From Cirrosporium novae-zelandiae (lineage: Eukaryota): a stretch of DNA of 64,000 bases. The translations under genes and the position numbers were made by a program. The stretch covers positions 496,001-560,000 of the forward strand of contig JAPETS010000008.1 of assembly GCA_026023565.1 (NCBI GenBank), written 5' to 3'. The notes beneath the pieces are model-generated. The model worked only from the letters and a program-made list of their open reading frames with translations, was not told where the DNA came from and ran no database searches. Positions 51,934 to 64,000 of the stretch are shown in pieces; within the stretch, counting starts at the first letter, position 1, and every line of letters starts with the position of its first letter.

Positions 51934-52772
51934 ATGGACTCTTACACATTATACTACAATAACAAGAATGAGTATATAATGGAGTACCTGCGACGTAAGT
52001 ATTCATATCCATGATAAAATGTCTCCTATGCATATACTCATTGATTATATAGGTTTGGATTGGAATCCGTCTAAACGTACGCAGGATGACATGGCAGTAG
52101 AGACTCTGGAGATGAGGGATGGTAAGCTACTTCTACCATTTTCGAAATATGAGTTGAGTGCATTGCTAACGAGTATTCTGATTTACAGGCTGCGTGGTCC
52201 AAGGACCACCCAAGAAGAGAGGAGCCAGCACGGAGCAGGCGATCGACCAGATAGTCGACGCCATGATGGCGTCGATCGAGTACTCACCCGGGTACTTCAA
52301 ACCGGTCGCCTGCTCCCCTCTCTCCCTCGAAGAGCCAACCCCCCCAAAGCCCGAATGGATCATCTCCGAGAAGCTGTCCTTCGCTCCTACCGCCCCTCCT
52401 GCTGCCCCTCCTGCCGCTTCTCCCACTCAGTCCTCCTCCGAGGTCATAGCAGACCTAATATTCAGCCACTACTACGGCCGAATAATCCAGTGCCCCCAGC
52501 TCCGCGAGACCAAAGCCTGGAAGGTGAGGAAATTCTTCTCCTCCTCCCCCTCCTCCTCCTCCCCCACCGCCGGTCTGTTCCCCCACCTCCCCCCCGACGG
52601 GGAAGAACCTGTGGTCCCGGTGTTTGATAAAGAGGCCCAGCGGGAGGCCGATGCCAGGCTCGCGGCGGAGCTGGCGGAGGATGTTGTTGTTGGTGGTGCT
52701 AGTGAGCCTTCGGGCCCTAAAAGGAAGAAGAAGAATAAGGGGGGGAAGAAAGGAAAGAAGGGGAAGATGTAG
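51934..52772 (+). CDS. Hypothetical Pro/Ser-rich protein with Lys-rich C-terminus (3 exons)
   Basis: ATG 51934; canonical introns ~51995-52052 and ~52122-52188 keep frame into ORF 52194-52772; NLS-like PKRKKKNK tail. Confidence 0.6.
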
Positions 52773-54027
52773 GGTGTGGGGGGGGTGTGCTTTGTCGTGT
52801 TGTCGTGTGGTATCGTGTGGTGGTGCCGTGTGGTGGTGCCGTGTGGTGTGCCTTTGGTGGTTTCGTTTCGTGCTGGCCTGGTCTTTTTGTTCTGTGCCGG
52901 GGCTCCTGCCTGTCTGTGCCTGTGCCTGTTTGTTGCCCAATGTGGCTGGGCTCTTTTGTGCCCTTTTCTTTTTTTTTCTTTCTACAATAGAATAAAAAAA
53001 ATTCCGTTACAGAAGCCCTTCTTGTCCGTAATCTGTAATCTATAATCTATGCCGTGCCTTTTTTCCTAGTTAGTTGAGAACTATTACTACTAGCTACTGG
53101 TAGATGAGTATGTTGTTGATGATAGGATAGGATAGGAATTGCCGATTCTTCCTCTCCATTCTGGTCAGTTCCAGGATGTCCGCCATAACCTAAAGGCAAC
53201 ATGCAGACAATAAAATAAATCATCATCATCATCATCATCATCTAGTCAGTTCCAGATACAATATGCCTATAATCTTTACCTTACAAGAGTTTCACACACA
53301 CACACACAAAAAGGTAGCTCGGGATGCACACTAAAAAAAAAGGTTTAATATAAAACCTTTTTATTTGTTTATCTGTTTGCTTTGTTTGTAATGCTTAATT
53401 CCTATGCAACCAGTGCAATAGTCGTGGTAGTGGTTATGGTAATAGCAGCTCAAAAGTAAAAGTAAAAAAAGAAGAGAAAAAAATATAAAAAAGTGAAAGA
53501 GGGAAGAAGAGGATAAAGGTAGAAAAAAAAACCCCCATTTGGGGTCATCTATTTTTCTGATCCTTTTTTGCTAATAATTGATTAGTTCGATCAATCAATC
53601 AATCAATCAATCCTCATTGCATTCTCCCTAGACGAAAAAAAAAAAGAGAGAGAGAGAGAGAAAAGAAACCACGCATGAATTTCCTTCCCTTCCTTCCTTT
53701 CCTTTCCATACTTGACGCCGTGTTTTTTTCATATTGCTTGGTCCCACAAAAAGAATTTGAATAAAGTTTGCATTTGCATTGCATTGCATCAGACCCCAAT
53801 CCGTTTCTGGAAATCTGCCATTAGCTCCAACCCAGACACGATCGACCCTTAGCCGCCCCTTTGCTCTCTGATGGTGAAAATAAGAAAAAAGACTTGTTGC
53901 TCAAAAAATTGCTAGGCTCATTATGACAAGGGATACAGGTGAGGTAAAAAAGGTCATGTAAGTGAGTAATCCTAAAAGACTATGGCTTGCTTTGGTCGTG
54001 GGGTAATAGAATCTCATGTTCACCTTC

Positions 54028-56162
54028 TTAGAAGATAGTACCGAATGTATCATCAAACGGCAAAGGCTTCCTTGGAGTGCTTCTCCCTTCGTTATCTACA
54101 ACAGGCTTCCGATGTCTAATGACAAAATTAGTATGAACGGTTGTACTCTCAAAACTCGGAAACATACCTGAAGGTAAACCCAACAAAGAGACTCTTCTTC
54201 ATCTTGTCATCCCGCTCAGCCATATCCTCAAGGGCCTTCTGTTTATCATGTACCTCCTTGTACTTAGCCATATCAGCTTCATTGCTAAAGTCATCGAAAT
54301 AACCTGCATCGGTTTCACTATCGAGGTCGGGGACGAAAGGTGCTCGTTGCTTCCGTAAACTGTTCCAATCAACCTCAGCAAAGTACATGTGGTGTTTGAT
54401 TTCGTTGATCCCGTGGAAACGAGACTCCTTGGAAGCTACTAAGCGACATATAAGATCCCAAGTGCGCCTAGAAAGGAAGTAGTTCGGGTCCTCCCATTTA
54501 GGTTTTTGGAACACCTTTTCCCATTCCTTAAGATTCTGCCAGGTCTCATCAACAGTAGCACCAGCAAATGGAGGATAACCAGCCAATGCTTCAAAGAGCA
54601 TACATCCAAGACTCCAGTAATCGACCGTAAAATCATATTTATCCCCTTTGAGAACTTCTGGTGCCATATAATCCGGTGAACCAACAATGGACTTGGCATA
54701 ATTGGTTTCACGGCCACGCAAAGAGCGGTAACCTTCACGACGCTCTGCGGCACTCCGCTCCTCCATCGGGCGTCCGAACGGTACTGGCATTCTTCCAACT
54801 TCCTCAAGTTTAATCCGCATAGACTCAATCTTGACAGGGCTTAGCATTCCAGCTGCAAGACCGAAATCCGTGAGTTTGACGTGGCCAATGCTGTCAATCA
54901 GAAAGTTTTCTGGCTTCAAATCTCGATGAATATAACCAAGTTGATGGAGAGCATCAACACACATGAACATTTCTGCAATATAAAAACGAGCATGACGGTT
55001 ATGGAGAACACCGGTATTATTCAAAAGTGTACGGAAATCGCCTCCTGGTACGTATTCCATGGCTAGATAAATACTCTGCTCGTCCTGGAAAGCATAGAGA
55101 AGCTTGACAAGCCAGTCACTCTTGGCAGCTGTGAGAATATCTCTTTCTGTTAGGATATGTCGAATTTCGTCTAATTTGAAAAGGAGTTTCTTGCTCATGA
55201 CTTTCAATGCGCAAACTTCTTTAGTGTCTCTCTTTTGAGCCAAGAAAACCTGTCCATATCCGCCCTGGCCAACTTGTGTGAGTATCTGAAAGTCTCCTTG
55301 ACGGAGCCTAGTACGTCTCTTACGGAGATTTGCTCGTTCTCGGCCTAAGTACTTGTGTCTAGCAGCTTCATACTCTGCATCAGGAGTTGCGGGAGGTGGG
55401 GGATAGGCAGCATCGAATTGAGCTAAGCGCTTTTGACGGCTGTGCACGTATGACAGAAGGTCAAAATAGTGATCGAGGAAGTCTATATGATATTAGTATG
55501 TAATATAAATGCCATTAGAGCTTAGGCCGTGGCTTACAAATTTGAGTAACGTTGGCAAGGCGTTTGACTCTGGGTAGTTGAAGTTTTTCCAATTCTTCCG
55601 GAGTTAATCCCGAGTTTTGTTGCGAAGAGTAAGTCTTCCGGCCAGCGGACATGCCATGATTTTTTAGATTATGTTGATCATGTCTTGACAGAATGGAAGT
55701 GTTTGGTGAGCCAAAGTCCTTGCTTAGCCCGAAGGTAGGTGGTGTGTTCTCTTTATTCCCCTTACGAGTTGGACTCCCTGGAGAAGCATTGTGATCCATT
55801 CGTGGACCATTCTCGTCGAATGTACCAAATTCATCCTCCGCAATAGCAATGCCACTTCTGGTGGGAGAATGACGGCCCCTTGTGGGAGAGCCTGGTGGTG
55901 GTTGTTCAAGATGTGGAGAATTGGGGTATAACCTCATAGCATGATCGAAAGCATTAGGTAGATCATTTGCCCCTGGGGGGTGTTTGTTTTTGCTCGGACT
56001 TCCTTGTGGAGTTGCGACGGGCGATGTAAACCCAATTGTTGAGGTTGGAGTGTGGGGTCGATCAAACTGGTCATTGCCCGGGCGGGTATGAAGAAGTGGA
56101 GGAGGCATTGGGAGTTTAAGGTCAAGTCTCCCATTAGGAGACAGAGGATTATTGAGAGCCAT
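54028..56162 (-). CDS. DBF2: NDR-family kinase Dbf2/Sid2
   Basis: RLANVTQ, GQGGYGQV, HRDLKPEN, DFGL, VGSPDYMAPE, hydrophobic motif FVGFTFR; two introns. Confidence 0.95.
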
Positions 56163-56760
56163 GATGAAGAAAAGTGCCGAGGATGGGAGGATGAGGGTTT
56201 GTTGTTATTATGTTTTATGTTTTGTATGGGTTGCTGATGAGGTGGGGGCGGGCAGTATGACAATCGAATGCCCTATGCCGGGCAATGTATCTTCCCTTTC
56301 CCTGCGACAAACAGAGAAAAAGAAGTAGCAGAATGGAAGCAGAAATGAATATAAAAGGCAGCCTTGTAGAAGCTGTGTGGAGAGTATGTCAAGAAAGGGT
56401 TTAGTTGTTGGCGTACTTTAGTTTAAGGCAAGCAGATCGGTTGTTACCGGGGAAACTGGTAGTTTGTCAGATTGGTGCCAGTGTGGTGCCAAAACTTTAG
56501 TAAGGTGCTAACCTTTCTGTTTCTTAAAGTACTAAAGTAGTGTCGTTGGAGAACGTCATCTTTTGTATTACGTAGTAAATGTCTTGTCTTTGCTAACATG
56601 TGACCGTGTAGAGAAAATAAAAAGAAAAAGGAAAAATAAACACCTTATCAGCATATAACACTACAATCGCTCACCGACGTCTACATGCCTCAAAGTCTCC
56701 ATATAGCACTTTATTAATACCTCATACCCATACCCGTATTTGAAACCCAGAGAAATTTGT

Positions 56761-58011
56761 TTATGCCTTCTTATAATCGTCTCCACATACCGCACCTTCC
56801 ATTTTCTCCAACATAAACGTCCTTGATTTAATCATCCATACCATAAAGCTTGGAACGCTATACCCAAAGACGGCACCCACACCTCCCTTCGGTCCAATGG
56901 GAACGATCTGCATTGCAGCTGTCATTTGCTTGTACGGCTTTTGTTGAGGTTCCTCGTTTGGAGATGACATGAAGGGAAGCCAAGAAAGAAGGCCCTTGGA
57001 GGGTTTAGGGCTCTCGGAGGTGGTTGGTTTAGCAAGTGCATAGAGATCGGAGTGGATACTCGAGGCAAGAGGTTTAATCGCAAACATCACGTCAGGAACA
57101 CCCCCACCAGCGTAACTTGCAACATCGCCAATTGAGTAAACGCCCCAGTCAGCTTTGGTGGATCTCAATGTAGTCGGATTAACCTCAACACGACCCTTAT
57201 CATTGATCCATGAAGGAGGCAGAAATGAAGAATTTGCATGGGCCCCTATGGCGTCGATGTAAAGATCAGTCTCAAGCTTTTCACCATTGCTGAGCGTAAC
57301 CTCTATCTTGCCATCAGCAGTTTCGGTGGTGTTTTCGATTTTGATGTTGTGCTTGACTTTCACACCAAGCTGGGACAGCTTCGTTTCTGCAGTTTTTGCA
57401 ATTGACGCTCTGAGGACAGGAAGAAGTTTCTCGGCACCTGAGAAAAGTGTAATCTCTTTCGTTCCTCCATAGTTGAAACCCAACTCTCCAGCTGTTTCCA
57501 CACCAACGGCCCCCCCACCAGCGACGATTATGGATTGGGCGTCTGTGACTTTTTTGCGTTGTTCCTCAGCTGCAGCACGAGACTTAAGATGGTCTCCCTG
57601 AAGCTTCCAGACAGGGCTATTTGTGGATGATCCGGTGGCAATAATTAAAGTATCATAAGAAGTTGATGTCTCGCTAGAATCGGTCTTAATGGCAACTTGG
57701 TGAGCTTCGTGATCGACATTGGTGATGTTCCCTATCACTAAGGTGAATTCATCTGTAGAATATTCTTTAAAACCTTCTGCAATTGGTGCAAAGCTCTTCT
57801 CTAGCATATCTGCAGCTGGGCTTGTGGAGGAGCGAGGGGAGCCAAAATGCCAATAGTAATGTGTTGAGCTGGAAACCAGGGTGAGTTTGTAGGATTGTGT
57901 AGGAAACGAGGCCCTAAGTGCAGGGAGAACATGTCGAAGGAGGTAATGGGACAGTCCAATCCCAGCCGGACCAGCTCCCAGGACAACAACATTGTGTGGG
58001 TCAGAAGCCAT
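56761..58011 (-). CDS. AIF/AMID-like FAD-dependent NAD(P)H oxidoreductase
   Basis: GAGPAG, IIATGS, GGGAVGVETAGE, YSIGD, PIGPKGG. Confidence 0.88.
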   Translation of the reverse strand: MASDPHNVVVLGAGPAGIGLSHYLLRHVLPALRASFPTQSYKLTLVSSSTHYYWHFGSPRSSTSPAADMLEKSFAPIAEGFKEYSTDEFTLVIGNITNVDHEAHQVAIKTDSSETSTSYDTLIIATGSSTNSPVWKLQGDHLKSRAAAEEQRKKVTDAQSIIVAGGGAVGVETAGELGFNYGGTKEITLFSGAEKLLPVLRASIAKTAETKLSQLGVKVKHNIKIENTTETADGKIEVTLSNGEKLETDLYIDAIGAHANSSFLPPSWINDKGRVEVNPTTLRSTKADWGVYSIGDVASYAGGGVPDVMFAIKPLASSIHSDLYALAKPTTSESPKPSKGLLSWLPFMSSPNEEPQQKPYKQMTAAMQIVPIGPKGGVGAVFGYSVPSFMVWMIKSRTFMLEKMEGAVCGDDYKKA

Positions 58012-59169
58012 TATCACAAAGGAGTGGAGATTTGTTTGAAGTGGATATCAAGATATCGAATTGATGTTCAGGGTCAGGGTCAGGGCCAGGGTCTTGTTCA
58101 TTCGTGACAGTTAAGACCGAGTGAGAAAAGGTACGGGTTTTGAAGTGAAGGTAGAAGTAGACACTGAACAGAAAAGCTTAGATTACATATACTGTTGCGT
58201 GGAATATTTATCCTGGAGCCTGCAGTATGCAAGTGTGTAACTACCAATCGTATGTTGAGCCCCCAATCTCAAGTTACCTTACCTACCACGCCTACTTCTT
58301 GATTCCTCGAGGGATAAAAGTAAGCAAGCAACTCTAAACACAAGGACACACAAGGACGACGAAGAGCGAAGGAAGAGCGAAGGACCGATGGGCATTAGTC
58401 AACAAAATAATTTTCATAAGCATTGTCAATCATTACCTAAACAAACGGAAAGAATTTAAAGGAGTAAAATAACGTTAAAAAGCATTGATCTGCTTCCGTC
58501 TGGGGGGGGGCTACTCAGTCTCAGTCTAGCTTTTCAAGAATACCAAGACAGCATTAGATTACATGTAATTACACCACATATAAATTACAATATTACTTCT
58601 ATCACTTCATGCTATCATTAATTACTATTGATAGCCCAACAACCCCAAAACGGCATCCTCGATTGACTGCATTTGCCATCTCCATACATAGCTATACTTG
58701 ATATTAGTTATCATGCTTTCTTTACCTTACTACCCTAGGAATATCATCACCTGAAATGGTCTCAGTCTCATTTTAATTTAGTTTCACTTCTTCGGATCCC
58801 GGTAGCATTGAGCATCCGCGCCATCCTTTTGCCCTCGGTGTTTTTTCAAGTAACGTAACACAGGTCTTAACGACGATTATTATTAAAAAATGACAATGGA
58901 GATTTGATTACATCTACATCTTCTATGTGCAATTGATAGAAAATATGTTTGAGATAAGCACTATAGTAATCTTCACCATCCTCCTCACCATTTTCTCCAA
59001 ATAATCTCTCTCTTGTTACCTACCCGTCGTCCGCACCATCTTGCAAATTCATCATCTCCAACGTAAGCCCCCAGCCGAGGAATCCTCCCGAAAGTTGCGA
59101 CAGATCTGCAAGATTCCACTTGAACTGCACAAGACTCCCCGGCACTCGGCGACACAAGAAATAAACCAT

Positions 59170-60290
59170 TTAGCCGCAGCAACCTGTGACTTCGGTTGCA
59201 CCTCTAAACAATAAAATGTCAGCCCTACCGTTTGCTTAATCGGGAATGGCACCCCTGTCTCACTGTACAAAACAGTGGACAAATAAGTCAAGGTAACCAG
59301 TCCAGCCGTGACAAGTTCTCCTTTACAGCATTAGACCATTAGTATTTAGTCCCCTAAACAAGTATGCCTGCCCTAGGTGCATATGCATGTGTGAAAGAAC
59401 TAAATACTAATGGCCTAGTCCTACCCTTTTTGTAGAATCAAATAGACAATGGATATAAACACTTACCCCTCACTCGAACCCGCACTCAAAGTGTCCCATG
59501 AAAAAAGCATAAAGCCCAGAAAAGCACCAATAAATATGCAGATAAGGATGTATCCATTATAATACATTGCGAGAAGCATGATGAAATATGCCACTGATTT
59601 CCGCTTAGTATCATTGCTGTATATGAGGTTGTCTCCGATGTTTCTGAAAACACTCACCAGCAAATTGAAGCATGTGGACCAGAGCTCGAACTGCTTGCTG
59701 CAGTAAAGTCGGACGAAATGGAGTTAGCTTTGGACACCGTTTTGCCCTTACCTCCAAGTGAGGCGAAGGGCTCACTTTCGTTGGACCTTGGGAGCATGGG
59801 CACTCGGGGGCTTCACTCCTAACACCACCAGAATCCGAGTCACCATTAAGATGAGCCTCATCACTCACAACCCGATCCTCGAATCGGTGTTTAGCTTGAA
59901 ATCTCCGAACGATGAAACGATCATGCTCTCGCTGGACACGACGCAGGAACTCAAGACAGAGAACTAGACATATAACTCCGATGCAAGAGCCTGCAAACAT
60001 GCCCTTGGAGGTAATATGCCACGACTTAGAGAGAAAGCAAGCATCAATTGTGTTCCAATTCCACAACATCTATATATATCTCGTCATGAATGCCCTTCTA
60101 AATTTATGGAGGAGATACACACCGAGATTACACAACTCCCACCCATGTCCATAGAACTTGCGGTGGATGACGCGCTGGCAGCCATGCCTGTCATGCTAGC
60201 CATTGTCGTGCTCGTGCTCATGTCCATGCTCATACTCATACTCGTGGCCGATGCGATGCTAGTCGCCATATCCATAGAACTGCTGGACAT
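59170..60290 (-). CDS. High-affinity copper transporter (Ctr3-type)
   Basis: Met-rich ectodomain, [19 protein letters not shown] (MxxxM), GAFLG, C-terminal EVTGCCG; exons 60290-60123, 60069-59658, 59593-59467, 59203-59170. Confidence 0.92.
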
Positions 60291-60639
60291 CTTGATCCAA
60301 GTTGAGGGTCGAAAATTGAGGAGTGGAGAGGCTTTTAATTTAATCAAGGACAGACAGCGAACATGCAAATATGTCACACACGTTTAGTGAAAGAATTGTA
60401 CTTGTAAAACACAAGTTTACGACGGAGTTTGACAACAGGGGTTGAATTTCTGTGCTGATGTGCAAGACAGATAAAAGGAGCGTACACTTGGTCTGGATGA
60501 TGTTGTTCATATATCTTCTCACTCCCACGACAACACTAAAGATATTTTCCATGGCCCTTCGCATTTGCAAAGGTCCAGTCTCCCAGAAAGAGCTTTTGAT
60601 AGTCTTGGCTGGTCAAAATCCTTGCCGCCATACCTAGTG

Positions 60640-60793
60640 TGAGCAAATTAACTGTGATATGATTGGTCAAAATAGACCTTAAGAGCGGATCCCACGTTAT
60701 CAATGAACTTCACAGGTGTTCCCCTTGAATGCTCATGATTATTCTTGCGGCCTGAGGAAGCTGGCGTCTTCAGGATTTTCGTAAACTTGCTCA
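60640..60793. promoter_or_regulatory. Mac1-type copper-responsive elements (CuRE)
   Basis: TGAGCAAA (=TTTGCTCA) at 60640-60647, TGCTCA at 60730-60735, TTGCTCA at 60787-60793, all upstream of the CTR ATG. Confidence 0.65.
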
Positions 60794-62602
60794 ATTTCAA
60801 TTTAGATGAGAACTCGCAGCTCTTTTCTGTTTACCGTATTCTTGCCAAGCTCGGCGCAAAACCGTCGCGGTGATTATATAAAGTTTGGTGGATCTCGAAT
60901 CTTGAACCCGTATGCCCCAGAGAAGAAGCATCATAATTACCTCGCCTGCATGGATGGTGTGTTTTTCCCAAGTCTGAGGCATGAACCGTCGGACGGAACC
61001 ATTTTGATGCTTGGTATTGAGTAAATTTATTCCCTTGTGAGAAGGCCTAAATGGGGTAGTATGTCGATACCGGGATTTAGGATATTTATACCACGGAGAG
61101 ACGGACCCTTCCTGGAGCCTCATGTAGAAAGTGTTACTCAACTTTGATGAATGAGGAGGTTCGGTATATGAAAGGTCGTGAAAAATTATATATGCTCGTT
61201 TGAACCATTAGCCGCATCCAATTATTTCGGTAAATACGAGCCCATTATATTTGCGAGAACCTCGATTAGTCTTGTGGGACCATGGAAGACAGCGTCGTAG
61301 AAAATGTACGACGACTGTTCCCATATCAGCATTCCGTGGATACTGCAAAATTTGCTCTTGATATGTTCATGTCATGAATTCAACGTTAATAGATGTTGGG
61401 GTATTTTTGTAGATTAATGTCTCAATTCTTGAGTGAATTCAAAAAAAATCATAATAATAGTAATAATCTGAAGCAATAGATCTAGAGGTTGGAGGCGCGG
61501 GATCAAAAAAGGGTTAGAGAAATAAAAAGAATGCCTCAGGCAGTAAACAAAAAGATCAGATGCTCAACAACAACCTCTCACATGCACTGAAATAAGAACT
61601 TAAATCCATCAGCTCTTCAACCACTGACGGAGCATTTAGGAAGCATTTAGGATCATCGTATTGGAAGTGAAGCGCCCCCCCCGAGAACACAGTGCTACGA
61701 ATAACGAAGCCCTCGTACAAGAAACCCTTAGGTTCTTCCCTGCAGTCACTTTCCAAATGACTTCTTTCTATCCATCCCATCCTAGGCTTTGACGATATCT
61801 AGAGAATCTCCTAATCGAACAAAGATACAAAGACACAACAATATGTATGCAATACGACCTTTCCAACAAAAACTGCCTTCCGCTCCATCCGCCTCACTTA
61901 CACATCGAGCCGCTTGGGAAGCCAACCCAGAACTCTGGTACTTTGAAAATTGCACCATGCGATGTTCAAACTACAACCTTACTGAACATGGTCCACTCGT
62001 TCCCCTCTTTTCACCATATAAACTCCAACGATACTCCAAAGTTGCCCCACGTTTATCTTCTTGTAATGTACCACGCTCGTACTTTAAACATCCCAAAGCG
62101 CCCTCGTGCACCCACCCTTTTTTCTTCCTCCACCATTAGCATATACAACAGCGCATAATACGCCTCTACCCCCCTCTACGTGGCAGCCCCTTGGCGACAC
62201 AGATAACTCTGTAGAAGCACCTCTGACAGGAAAGATATTCCGGTTCATGGATCTACAGTATACAACCCCCCCTCCTTGTTCGCCATTAGGGATCTCAAAC
62301 CCTACATGGCCCGAACGCAATTATCGGAACCATCCCTGTGTATAGTTGCCATTTATCGTACTAGGCCGGTCTGAAAGACAAGGACGGTGTGATGGCTCGC
62401 TGGATAAGGGATAAGGTCGAAGAACCGAGAGATATAAGAACGTCTCTTCTTCCTCACTCTATCCCTTTTTTTCTTTCCTTTCTCAATCCAGTCTTCTCCA
62501 CAATCTTCAGCTCATCCATCTCAATAAAGATCACTCTTCCACAACAATAAAACCTCCATTTTCAAACCAACCTACCCCTCCAATCAATCCAAATTCGCAA
62601 AA

Positions 62603-62855
62603 ATGGGTCCCTGTGGTCTGTTCCACCCCATCCCTTTCTTCTCACTCTTTTTCTAGAGAAAGAGAAAGAAACCTCACTAACACTCCATCTCCATGATACA
62701 GGCTGCAACTGCGTGTCTTGCAAAGGTGTCTGCAGCGGTGCCGACTGCTCCTCCTGCGGCTGCCACGTATGTTTTCCTCTTTCTATCTCTGCCCTCTGCT
62801 TTCTTTGCTGGGAATAGCAATATGTTAATTTCGTTTCCGTGGGATTTAGAAATAA
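62603..62855 (+). CDS. 27-aa metallothionein MGPCGCNCVSCKGVCSGADCSSCGCHK
   Basis: Exons 62603-62615, 62702-62766 and 62850-62855; introns GTCTGT..CTAAC..CAG and GTATGT..GTTAAT..TAG; 8 Cys in CxC/CxxC pattern; TATA-like GATATAAG at ~62431. Confidence 0.85.
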
Positions 62856-63361
62856 GCGGCTCGCTCGCTCGTCGGTCACTACGCTGACTTTGACCTGAAA
62901 TGAGAGATGAGGTATGGGTGATGACAACGGTGATGATGGCAAGGGGTGATTTCATTTGTTGGGATTGGCAGCTACATTCCATTCTTTAACCATGCCACTA
63001 TGGCCATGTTGCTGATATTTCGGGCGAGAGTATCGTATGTAGTTGTCTCAATGAGAAGCATATTGAAGTCGTAAACCCTGTATTAAATTATGATCAATGC
63101 TGATTCAATGTCTCAAGTCAATGTCTCTAATATAATATATCAATTGAATTATTATCATTGTAGCACTTCCTTGTCTACTCCTAAAAATTTCCTACCGATT
63201 CAGTTCCGTGTCTTCGAAGCTTACATATACATAGTCCTTTCCTTCCTTTCCCTTCCATCATCCCTCATCACCAACCCAATCACCGTCGCAACAGTGTTGT
63301 AGAAACAAAGGTAATGGTAATCATAAAAAGTCAGCCTAGGTATATCAATAGTAGCAGCTAG

Positions 63362-64000
63362 CTATCGCGAGAACCCGGCCCACACTCCATAAGCATCAGA
63401 TAATCTCTCCTTGAAAGGTCGTATCCCAGCTTCCTCACAACAGCATGCGCGCTTTCGGCCCATACTTTTCGGGAAGGGTAATTTTGGAGGACTAACGCGA
63501 GAGCTTGGATACTGAATCTCCTTCGGTGGTTCAACTGTCGACGGTGTTAATAAAAACGAGTCAGCAAGCCTGTTGTCCGACAGGACAGTGCCATCCTCCT
63601 CGTTTTTCTCGGCCAAAAGATCACGTACGGTTTGATGGATTGAGATGTCGGTGGAAATTTGGCGACCACGTTTGAGACAACGAAGTGGTAGGGTAGACTG
63701 GTTATAAGTTGGAAGCTGCATCCTTTGTTGTTCGGATTGAACGGCCTCGGCCCCAAGAACCGAATCCCGATTCCAGGAAGCCTGCTGAGCCAATGGACAC
63801 GAAGTCATATTGGCTCCTCTCCCCAGGGAGCCGGAATAATATTCCGGAGAAGATGATAGCTCATGGCAATACATTTCCTCACTCGATGACATCCGAGCGA
63901 TGGTTTTCGAAGGATCCTTCTGACCTGCCATCTGCAGCGTCGCGAATCGACGAGCGGCCTGCACAGCCAACCGAGGGGCGCAGGGTGCACAGCTCGACGA
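63362..64000 (-). CDS. 3' part of a hypothetical Ser-rich protein running off the window
   Basis: Open frame over 200 codons; no recognisable motif. Confidence 0.45.
   Translation of the reverse strand, partial: SSSCAPCAPRLAVQAARRFATLQMAGQKDPSKTIARMSSSEEMYCHELSSSPEYYSGSLGRGANMTSCPLAQQASWNRDSVLGAEAVQSEQQRMQLPTYNQSTLPLRCLKRGRQISTDISIHQTVRDLLAEKNEEDGTVLSDNRLADSFLLTPSTVEPPKEIQYPSSRVSPPKLPFPKSMGRKRACCCEEAGIRPFKERLSDAYGVWAGFSR

Noticed and set aside
53215..53790. (CAT)n, (CA)n, (TCAA)n, (AG)n and (TTGCA)n tracts
   Set aside because: Ordinary microsatellites; no repeat-spacer structure, so not CRISPR-like
60800..62345. Protein-like ORF fragments (e.g. FRFMDL) between CTR and metallothionein
   Set aside because: Possibly pseudogene debris; no coherent gene model

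Overview
Intron-rich filamentous ascomycete (Pezizomycotina-like) nuclear DNA with about 24 protein-coding genes. A housekeeping block (peroxiredoxin, POP1, MIC19, glucokinase, GNAT, SGF11) is followed by a repeat-scarred accessory zone (24-31.5 kb). After that come GH3 beta-glucosidase, a PDC-like decarboxylase, SDRs, a CYP504-like P450, EGD1, APT1, FMP46, DBF2, an AMID-like oxidoreductase and a CTR copper transporter. Items the ORF track misses or does not explain: (1) a candidate compact telomerase RNA gene (template UAACCCUAA inside nested long-range helices) between GNAT and SGF11; (2) a 27-aa three-exon metallothionein divergent from the copper transporter; (3) a 1-nt exon plus a branch-point-sequestering hairpin in EGD1; (4) a 104-aa Cys/His zinc-binding gene with degenerate local paralogues tied to a palindromic MITE family; (5) possible membrane-anchored isoforms of glucokinase (alternative 3' splice site) and APT1 (TGA-CTG readthrough). 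All calls were made by eye; no searches or folding programs were run.
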